Assembly (NCBI GenBank): GCA_977030845.1
Contig: OZ365116.1
Span: 18,972,001 to 19,036,000 of the forward strand
Source of the DNA: Fimbriosthenelais zetlandica
Taxonomy: Eukaryota
Length of the DNA stretch: 64,000 bases
Direction: 5' to 3'
Below, in pieces: positions 53,801-64,000 of this stretch. Made by a program: the position numbers and the translations under genes. Numbering within the stretch: position 1 is the first letter of the stretch; each line of letters opens with the position of its first letter. A model generated the notes under the pieces. It did not search any database and was not told the origin of the DNA. It saw only the letters and a program-made list of their open reading frames with translations.

Positions 53801-56800
53801 TCGGTACAGATTACTGCTATTGACAAAAGGCCTTTTCAGTGAATTGCTGTTAGTATTGTAACTTGTTAGATGTTTGCCTCTTGGTAATCACCAGACAGAG
53901 AAGAACAGTTTCCAGACTTTTGATGTATTGGTTGAGAATACTTGGGGAGATTTAAAAATAATATTAGAGAATTACTTAATCTGACATTCGTGAATTATGT
54001 GAAATTAATATTAACAAGTACAGAAAAGTCCTGAGTGAGCTGTATGTTCCCAGAGACGTGTAAATGTGGTTTATAATTAGGATGCAGTCAGGGGTGGTGT
54101 GTGTGTGTGCATGTAGTGGGCATATTGGGAGGGTTGGGCAGAGGCCTCAAGAGTATTTCAAATTGCTTTACACAACATGCGCAGAATATGGAAGTTTAAT
54201 CGATAGTCTTGATCGAAACCAAACCATGGAGGCGGATTTAATCAATATACATGTCATGTATGGCTTATTTATGTCATGATCTTCCTGATCGGTAGACATT
54301 CTCTACATGCAATTGTGCATGAGTTTATATGCACATGTATGTGTTTCGTGAGAATACAAAAATGTACCGACAGATCATCTTGTTCGTGGACTGTATTAGT
54401 TTGAAGACCTATATTAACTTTTTAAAGTTTCAATACAAGATATCTAGTGAAAATATCGTCGAGTGAAGTAGATTTGGTGGTAGATGGAGGAGATGAAAGA
54501 GCAGAGAAACGCTGGGTGTGTCACGTTTAAAGGAGGCAGGGGTGTCAGCCGTCTGCTGAGAAGGTCGAGAGTGGCAATTCCTTCTCTGATTGCTTTCTCC
54601 AGCTGTCCTTTAAGAGATGCCAACATAAGCAGGGACGATATTAGTCTCTGAGTCTTTCGTTCAAGTATTCTTTTGCTCCCTCTCCTTCCTGACAAATATC
54701 ATTAATTTAGAATAAATATTTAAGATCGGTATAATGAACGCATTTTTAAAATGGAAATACTGTAGTAATTGTCCATCATTGGATCCTCTGACTTTGGATC
54801 ATTGTCCCAGTTTTCTTATTTTATATGCATTAAGTTTTTGTAAGATAAATCACTTTGTCACAGCATCTCCCTTGTACTTGATTATAATCCATGGCAAGGT
54901 TGAGTTTGTCTTTTTCACTGCATCTCACCATTGTGGAGGCTTGTTGATTGATGGCAGCCTACGTTTACCAAGGGCAGACTTCTTGTAATATCCCAAGCCA
55001 TGTAATCAATTGGAAGCTTCCAATTCCACGTTTCGCAGTCGCTATTTAGTGAGTAATAGTAGAAGCTATAAATATCATACCATTTGTCTATCAGTGTCTA
55101 TATTTACCGCTGAAATGCAAGACTGGTGACTCAAAGCTCTTCCTCTTTGTGAACCTATTGCAGACATGAGATATTTCCAATTTTAGAACAGTTCAATCTG
55201 GCTCTAAGCAAGGTTCACCTCTTATAAATTTAGCTTTAAATAGCATTGTCCTTTATGATACAAAGTTATGATATTTGAGGATAAAACTTTTAAATGGACC
55301 TTCCTTCCTGAAGGCAACAAAGCAAAGGAATGTTTTGTCAACCCTGCAAATTCTTATGCCATAATGATGGCAGCCATATGTCTAGTAGCTTGTCAGGCCC
55401 GAAACCCCGCCCGTTTCCTGCAGCTGACCAACATCATGCCAGGGACTGCACACTTTTTCTAAGGTTATTTGATCGCCTCGTTTGTGCTTCGCAACCCACA
55501 GCCACTAAGAGCATTGCTCCTGTTAAGGAGGCATAAATTCTGCAGCCTGTGACATTTGTAAACTTTATGAATATTTGATGGGAAAAGGGCGGTTGCTCTG
55601 AAAGTGAATTTTAAGGTGATGAGGTAACAAGAAGACCTTGAAACAGAGGCTTTTAAATCGTCAGAATATTGACAATTTGGATGCTTTCCATTTCCTAGCT
55701 GTCGTATAGTTGACTTTTGAAAAGTGAAATGCTTCCAATTTCCAAGTATGAAAACTTGAGCCCATATCTACATTCTTTGAAAATGCACCCGTATAAATTT
55801 GTGTTGTAATAAATCCATATTACCTGGTACCGCAAATCTGATTTCGTATTCTGAGTAAAATAAATGCTCACAAAGTTAATGGCCAAGAAGTAGAGAGACC
55901 ATTGTTTGGTTCTTTGCCTAGTTCCAGCAAACTGGTAATCCCTCTTTGTGCTGAATGGGGGGAAATCTCAGCTTTAAAGCAGCTTATCTGCTGGCCTCTG
56001 CATTAAGAGATAGGCCCTCTTCTAAGTGCTTGCGACTCAGACTTCCAGTACCAACCCATTGGCCTGGTGGGCAAACTTTCTATGTTTTACCATAAGAAGG
56101 CCATCTAAGGCCTTGTCCTGCATTAGTGTAATCACTACTTGGCCATGTTCCTTTAGAAGGTCCAATTCCTTAGTGGAATGTACTGATATATATCATGTAC
56201 GAATATCAGAATTTGAAATTTTGTGAATCGGAAAATTGGAAAATTATCATGACATTCAATTATATTGTTTTTCAGTTACACAAAGGGTTGTCTTAACTAG
56301 GGTTGTCCGACATTATCGGCAGCGATAGTGTTAACACGGGGATGCGTATAAATTTGGATTATAAAGGAATTTATGAGCTAAGGGCCTATGTTATATACCA
56401 AGAATCCAGTCGGACCTTCGCCTGTCAGCCTCCTCATATTTTTCCTGTCAGGCTTCCCCCACGGCCATCTTTTGCTTTTCTGCCTGTTGAACAGCACAAT
56501 CTCTCCCGCTCTGCCATAAAGCAATACCAAATGGTCCAACATTGGTAAAATATGCAAGGCAGGGTGAGTGATAAAGGGACCTGGGCTGGCTTGTGTCTTT
56601 GAGTGACTGTGGACATGGGACTTTGGGGAAACACCGTGAGAGTTGTGTGGTTGGCAGAGTGGTATGGAATAGATGACATGGTTTCCTCCCAGGAGACACA
56701 TATTGCCCTTCTGGCATGCATGTTTATGAGCACTGAATCAGGGATGTTCGTTAAAGCGGAGTTTGCCCGGATCGTTAATTGGGATCTGGATTCCCGGTGG

Positions 56801-57800
56801 TCCCCAGGTGATTGGTTCCAACCATGGGTAACCTAGATTATGGAGTATAATTCATATTCATCCAAATTGCCCGCAGTACTGTGCCATTGAGGCTACCCTC
56901 TAGAATCAGACTCAAAAATGAAAGTCCGTATATGGGTATATGAATTAATTATTATGATATAGTTTATTACTGATTCATGGCCTGACAATCTGGGGGACAT
57001 AACGTCTTGCCATTTGATTTCCCTTGAGTGTCTCCACCGAAAGCATTGAACAGTTGAGATGATTGATAAAGGATTGAGGTCAGTAGCATTCATGCAAATG
57101 AAGGGATTTCATTTTGATTTACAATGGGCTTCAAAAACACTACTGAAATCCATAAAAGAATTGTCATTTCTTCAGTTTCCCTGTTGTAATGTGAACCTTG
57201 TTTATTGCTTTAATGAATTCCGCTAGCTTGGTAATTGCCTTTGGCAATCAACAGAAGCAGTTTGAACTATTATTGAAATTCAGTGGAGGTTGGAATAATT
57301 TGAGGTAATCCTTTTGAAGGAGAGGGGACCTTTTCCGTGGGGAAATCAAAAAAAGACCAGCAATCTGTCAGGCAGCCTTGGAGACACCTCCCCCCGCTAT
57401 CCTCCAGCTACCCACGTGACCTTCACAAGTGTCATGTCGTCTCTATGCTCCATTACTCTGCCCCTTGCTGTTCTTGGTATCCTTCTAATTAATTTATTGA
57501 CGAAGCTTCCTTAACCCCCTGAAAAACACCCAAGTAGATTTAGAAGGATATCCTGGATTTTTGAGCTGTCATTGAGGTGTTGGGTTTGACTGTAAACGTC
57601 TGGGAGTTTAAAAGCTTTGCCCAAACCATTAGAAAAATAATTAAAGAAACGCCTCTCCTCTTTCTTCTGTGTTTAGTCAGGAGAATAGATGAATATTGGG
57701 CTTGTAGATCTCTTATTGCATCCAACAAAATAATGGATTGCCTTTGTCTGCCTGCTCTGTTAAACCCCGAAATAAATATTTGTCATTAGCTGGGGGATTG

Positions 57801-57866
57801 TTTAATCAGGGGAATAGACTAATAATCACTATCCAGTTTAATCAGGGGAATAGACGTATAATAATC
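57801..57866. repeat. Short tandem duplication, period 36 bp
   Basis: tttaatcaggggaatagac...aataatc occurs twice. Confidence 0.8.
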
Positions 57867-58729
57867 ATGTTAATTGGCATATCATGGATTTGGATCTTTC
57901 TTAGATAGACTGTACATATACATACTACCTTCTGTCTAATTGACCTGCTGTTACGTCTGTTCATATCTCAGATATTGAAAATCTCAGTTAATGAGATCAT
58001 TGTGGTTCTAACTCAAACATTTTCTATTGCTTCCAGGCTTTTCTAGGATGGTGCTGCCAGCGTCTCCACGATTCATCTGATACCAGGACTATATGTTTGC
58101 TAATGGCCTTCACCAAAAAAACTCTTCCATGTCTCATCTCTCAATTCACACCCATTAACTTTAACAATGTACGTGCTTTCTGAGCTTGTGCTACTTGGTC
58201 AGATACTTCTCTACTACCCTACCCATCCTAATTGAACATTTGCTTGAAGCCACTGTGCCCGGGGGATGCTTGCCCCTCGCTGTGTGTATAATACATTGAG
58301 AATATGAACATTTGATGATTGTTGTAGCTGGTGTTTATGGTGAATTATAATGAGGAAGGATTTGACAGGCTACCTGGGGTCTAGATGATCCAGCCTGCCT
58401 CCAGTTGATCCTCCCATCATCCAGAGATAAGCGTTCACAGTTAGCTGAGTGAGTGATATTGTTGTGTGTCATGTTGGATGGCGTGAGATAAGCTCATCCT
58501 ATAGGAGCCACCACACCCTTCTCTACTCCTCATACCCTGTCTTACCCCTTACTCTGATATGAAGTGTTAGAGAAGCGTGAGGATGAAGACAAAGCCGGAG
58601 AAGGTGCCCAGACTAAGCTCCTTGATCGACATGTTCTGCCTTTGCAGGTGCGTCGGTAAGAAGGCCAGCAACGCCACAACTATCACCAATTCCCTCATCA
58701 AACAGCAGCCCAAGAGCTTAGGGCTGAAA

Positions 58730-59918
58730 ATGGCGGAAGGTGGGGTTCAGTTCTATGCTTGTGACATCTGCGGACAAGAGGGACTCACCGAGGATGACAT
58801 GCGTTCACATGTCCTCATTGAACATGTGGAGGGGGCCATCAGTTGTCCTTTCTGTGACCTTGAAGGTACCACCGTTGAGGAGATGAACATGCATGTCAAT
58901 GCCGAGCACCTCGACTTCCTCACTCCAACCAAGGAGAGTGTCGCTCACTCGGTGTCCATGACTTCAGACTTGCAGAACTGTAATGGATTTTCTGACAGCA
59001 ATTGCAGTGATGGTGCGGGGAACGTCAAGAGCAGTGACAGTGCCAGTATGAGTGGTTTGAGCAGCTCTGACACTACTCCTGAGGGTTACAATGACCTTCC
59101 AATAACACCGCCTCCGGTGCCTATGGAAATCACCATAACGACCGCAGACTCCCCGAAAAGGTCACCATCACACAGCAATGGGGTCAGCTCTAAAGCAGGA
59201 AGCCCCCCGGGAGAGGAGGGGCAGATACGTAAACGTGCCAAACTCTACCTGGATGTACCACCCGTCCGGCCCCAATCTCAACTATGCAAAACTGACAAGA
59301 ATGATAATTGCTCAAAGATGGAAGACGATGTGAACAAGGATAGTAGTCATAAAGACATGATGGTCACAGTGCACAAAGACCACAAACACAGCGGGTGTCA
59401 ATCAGTGATCAGTGAAGTCACAGTCCTACCACCAAGAGAGACTGTCACACCCACCAAAGACAAGCCCAGCCCACTCCACTGCCCACTCTGTGACTGGGCG
59501 ACCAAGTCACCTGGTGACATAGTCCGTCATGTCAATGCTGAACACCTTGACATTCTCAGCCCTCTCACAGCCAAGGCCTCAGCTGCCAACCAACCACCAA
59601 GGACTGATGCTGAAAACAATGTCATCCCTAACACTGATCAGGCATCCACCTCAGCCACAGCTTATGAATGTCCCATCTGTGGACATTGCTCTAAGAGTGG
59701 TAGCTCGCTGGAGCTGCATGTCAACTCTAAACATGCTGATATACTCAGTCCTGGGATGGCCCACTCCAGTAGTGGAGTGGTCCAGCTCCAGTCACCCATG
59801 TCACTGGGCAGTTCTAGTGACTCGTCTATGTGCTGTCCTGTGTGTGGTATGGAGTTTGGTGATACTCACGACCTGGCTGTACATGTCGATGGTCACTTCT
59901 CAGCTGAACATACACCAG
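58730..59918 (+). CDS. ZUP1: ZUP1/ZUFSP deubiquitinase, N-terminal zinc-finger exon (partial; catalytic exons lie outside the window)
   Basis: YACDICGQEGLTEDDMRSHVLIEHVEGAISCPFCDLEGTTVEEMNMHVNAEH closely parallels the recalled human ZUP1 start (LSCNICGE...DMKAHLIVHMESEIICPFCKL...EMCFHIETAH). It ends with a UBZ-type CPVC...HVDGHF finger. Acceptor at 58647 and donor at 59918/59919. Confidence 0.88.
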
Positions 59919-62900
59919 GTAAGCTTTATTAACTTATCTTTTACTATTTAATAATAACAGTGTTTGATAACAGTTCACATTGACATTTAAGTATCAAAAT
60001 CGAAATAATGGATGTTGTAGTGATATTAGAACTTTACAACATGACTGTTTATCACTTTATGTTCGTTCCTTCTTGCTGTAGTTTTATGCATCTAGTTACT
60101 CATGTAGCAGTACCCATCCAGCAGACACGCTAATGTCTATGTTAGATCACTGCCTTCCTTCCTTTTACTTGCTGATGTTTTCCATAAGACTGCAATATAA
60201 ACTCTCATCACGCTAGAAACTTGGCATGAAGATGAGACCTCAAAAGAATGCAATAAAGCTTCTCTACCGTTAAAAAGAGTATAATACCATGGGGGATATC
60301 AGTTTTCTTTTGACATTCCACTTGTATGGTAAAGGCATGAAGCGATGTACAATAGAGTGAGATACTTTAGCATATTTCACTTAGAAATGTAGAAGTTAAT
60401 GGTGTGCATGGCCTTGTATGCTCGCCTCCACACTGTATGACAATGGGTGGAGGTCTGCTTCCACATCTCTCAGCTTCCACCAACTTGTATAAATGATGTA
60501 TCAGTAAGCAGGCCTCTGCAGCTGTCCCCAAGTCTATGGGAAACACTTAGTCCTCTATGTATACCAAGTAGGTTATTGCTCTCTTTCTATTTCAATGAGT
60601 TGCTTTGCTACTTTCACAGAATATAGCTTGTGTGGTACAACAGAGACCTGCAGAATACAACTTTGCTTGGTTATATTAATAACTTATATTGTTCTGTGGA
60701 TATCCTCTTACACAAATGATTATCTTTCGGATATTTCCTGACTTTAGGCTTGTCTCTGGTAAATTGTGAAAACCATCGAAGCAAGAAGGTCCACATTATG
60801 TCATACAATGTTGTATCACTGCTATTTTCTGTTGGAATAGATTCTTTGAAGTTTCTTGATGTATTTTAGCATATCCCTCCCACTACCTTCCTCCTCCCCA
60901 ATCAATAAATTAATGAAATATAGAGACCCCAGGAGTAGATAGCAGCATGCGACTATAATGAGAATTGCTGGCTGCTCGTACTTGTACCTGGTAACCTTGT
61001 GTTTGTTCGATATCCACCCCCAGACACATTACACCTCGCTCTATTGGAGACACACCTGCATGAAGAAGTTACTGTACATTGTTTGTAAATCAACCTCAAT
61101 ATAAGACACAGGTAACACAACCCACCTGTCGATCTAGGTGTCTATTTATAAACTGTCTGACCCAGCATTTTTAGTCGTCCCCGTGAGGAAAGATAAATTG
61201 TAAGATACCAAATCTTTTGTTTCTGTGGTACAGATGATTTTACTGTTTCCATCTGGTTTATGTCCTTTGGCAAAAAGAACTTAGATGGCTTTTGGCACTA
61301 AACATAGGAACAGTGTAAATTGGCAGTTGTACTCTTTTGTTGTATGTTTCTCTTTCTTCGTAAGGCTGAGTATTTGCCAGCTCTACTAGGCTGATTACAA
61401 GCAAACACAATATGCATGGAGGTATTCCTATGGGATAACATCTGATCAGATAACCAGGCTTCTTTATAGATCTGCTTCGTTCACTCCTCTTTCTGTCGTT
61501 CAATATGTGATGGACAGTAAAGAGAGAGAATGGAATAGGATAAGAAAGAAAGAGTACATCAATGACTCTCTGGTGAGATGTCCTTCTACTGAAGAATCCA
61601 TCAGGAAATCCTATCTTCACCACCATGGGAATGTTGGCGGTATGATCATGTGTATGGAAGAACAAAGTTACAATGGCTCTCTGCTTATCAATTGTGGTAA
61701 TACGATCCAATCGATTTTCAGACAGTACCACTTGACGTGAGTGCATAGCTACTGCTTCCTGTCTCACTCTATTTCCCATCGCCATATACAACTATCCCAG
61801 TAAGGCCCACTGTTTCCCTCCCACATAAAACACTCCATCATTAACTGGTCTGAGAGCTCACAAACATGAAACCAACTTGTGGCAAGATAGGAAATTTGCC
61901 TCATCTGAAATCAATATTGTCCAAGATTATTTTTTTCATTTAAGTTGCAGAAATAGGATAAGCACATTTGACAAGCATGTACTTTGTTTGAATACTAAGT
62001 GAGGTTGATATGGGGGCCTGTTTGTGGTTTAAGATTTGATATATTGATTTTTCTGACCAGCGGCTGTCACCTCCACCTGCAGACCATTACCGCCTTTAGT
62101 CAAGGGCCATTGACCTGTGTGTTCCACTCTGTGTTGCTCAGGTCTTGCTGTCTCAGATTAAATGCCTTTGGGGCTTGGGTACAGGGTGTTCATCAGCTGA
62201 ATTACTCTGGTGCCCAGATCAGCTAAACCCATAGATTAGATTGACCTTAGTTTTCCAATCTCCACAGAAGTGGTCAATACTAATTGGTAGTTAATAATGT
62301 GGGTTGGTAGGTCTACACATTCCTGGAATTTCATCATTGTTTCTAGCTGAAAACTGGACGAATCTATCTTGGGATATTAGTCCATCCAGTCCTGCAGCCT
62401 TTCCATCTATACTTTACACTCGTGTCACTATCGCTGCCCCCTAGAAGCTTTAATGCTATTGGACAGCAGCAGGGGACAAGTCCAGTAATACTCTTTGGCA
62501 TAATTCCCAGTGTGATCTGGCTGTTAGTTGACCTTGCTAGTTTGTCATTGTAGCCATTGTTGCTGGTTGGTAGGAGGTTGGTATTCCCAAGCTTCCCAGC
62601 TGTGGAATCGGTCCACTCAACCGGAACCAGTCCGGGGGCTGGAGGTAGTCGGCCATAAACACTTAGATGATCCAGCCACAGTTGACCGAGCTTGCATTCA
62701 TCTTTTCAGGCAGGGAGGTGCAATGTTTGCTATGATAGCCATGTGCATTATCACTTGTTCATGATTTAAATATCAAATACTTCACGAAAAGATACACTTT
62801 CAATCCTCGGTGTATTTTTTCTGTCTTTGGTGATACCAGGAAAAGAAATTGAACTGGTAATAAGTCACTCAAATGACTTAGGATAATGATTATTTTAAGG

Positions 62901-64000
62901 GTTTCGTCCTTCAAATTTCTTGGAAAAGTGGAAATGGATGCGAATGAACTTTAGCTGCTTGGAGTTGAGCACTGTTGTGGGTTGTGAATTATGAATGATA
63001 TTGCACTCAGTGTGATTTAGCATGTTGATCACAGGACGTGAATGTCTCCATGGATGCCTTTCATCTTATGGATCCTGTGGAGATCCTTCACACCGCCAGT
63101 CTTCCGCAGCTGCCCATCAATTATTGGAGAGATGAGATTTTGTATATCTAAAGCATGGATTTAAATTATTGATAGTTGTAGCATGCCTCCTACTTTTATT
63201 TGCCTCAGTTGGTATAAACAGTTCGGGCTGTCTTTGATGTGCACCAGTGGAGCGAAAGTACCTCCATCCCATAACTTACAACTCATGAAATATGTAGTTA
63301 CAAAGTTATGAAGCCACCTGAAGATTATAGCTGTTTTGTAATGTACAGACTGCAGGTTTATACTATTTTAAAAAAATCATTCTTTCCTCTTGATAATCAA
63401 GTTTCATCAAAAGGGGGATGGCTTCTTATATATATGTCCTATGTGCATGGCCTTCTGGAATAAACTAACTGGATTGGCCTCAAAGAAATCTCGATTTGAT
63501 GATTGGTCCGTTGGTATTATGTCCAACTGCCTTTTTTGAACGGATTCTGTCAAGTCAGTCTACATAACTCACTTAGCTGAACACTGACGGGCGGACTGCA
63601 TTGAGCTGACTTGAGAACCTCTTTCCTTTGCTAGGTTCCCTGAAATGACAGACCTGAATAGGGGAGTGAGACCACTGTATCGATGTGCCTCCTGTCCCAC
63701 AGGCCTGGTCTAATGCAGGTTCTTTATTATAAATGATGGATTCACAACCCAAAAATCTATATCTGCCCCGTATGTCAAGTTATGACCCCACCGGCCTGTC
63801 CTTCTAGTCCTAAGCAGAATAGGTTCAGCTCAAAATAGATGAGGATGTGAATAATGTCATATTAGGATGCTGGCCTTATCATATTGTGGATTAGACTGCT
63901 TTATTCAAGGGCAAGATGTAGGAAGCCCATTGCTAGCAATCTATCAGCTCTACATCCTATCTTACATAATACATTATCTACGGTAATGACCATCGTTTGA

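Noticed and set aside
62367-62700. About 105 stop-free codons on the minus strand (GQLWLDHLSVYGRLPPAPG...)
   Set aside because: No start codon, no convincing splice pair and no recognised homology.
1-64000. Most remaining 60-140 aa ORFs in the track; CRISPR arrays, rRNA, snRNA, hammerhead cores and conserved miRNA seeds
   Set aside because: The short ORFs are antisense shadows or intron read-throughs of real exons. Visual checks for CTGATGA-GAAA cores and common miRNA matures gave only partial chance matches, and an Infernal/Rfam scan would be needed to exclude ncRNAs formally.

Overview
Intron-rich, AT-rich animal genomic DNA from an invertebrate bilaterian. The frequent TACATGTA and TAGGCCTA words are compatible with a lophotrochozoan, but the taxon cannot be fixed from sequence alone. 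No prokaryotic features, CRISPR arrays, rRNA or genuine tRNA genes were seen. Gene order, left to right: (1) 5' part of an outer-arm axonemal dynein heavy chain of the DNAH5/DNAH8 family (minus strand, runs off the left edge); (2) a repeat-rich upstream region; (3) a young, 5'-truncated non-LTR retrotransposon; (4) a TRPA1-like channel with about 16 ankyrin repeats (minus); (5) an unrecognised 860-aa single-pass membrane protein ORF, divergent from TRPA1; (6) a tRNA-derived SINE; (7) importin alpha-1 family KPNA (minus); (8) CCDC58/MIX23 (plus); (9) FAM162 (minus); (10) about 14 kb with no recognisable coding exons; (11) the zinc-finger exon of ZUP1/ZUFSP (plus, continues beyond the window). 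Main observations: a single TAA separates the TRPA1 C-terminus from an in-frame reverse-transcriptase ORF; KPNA-CCDC58-FAM162-ZUP1 unites two human paralogous clusters; the orphan membrane protein carries PY motifs; and a near-identical RFX+FOX composite element occurs both upstream of and inside the dynein gene. Exon boundaries were read by eye from GT-AG signals and reading-frame continuity. Gene names and family comparisons rest on recalled sequences, not database searches.
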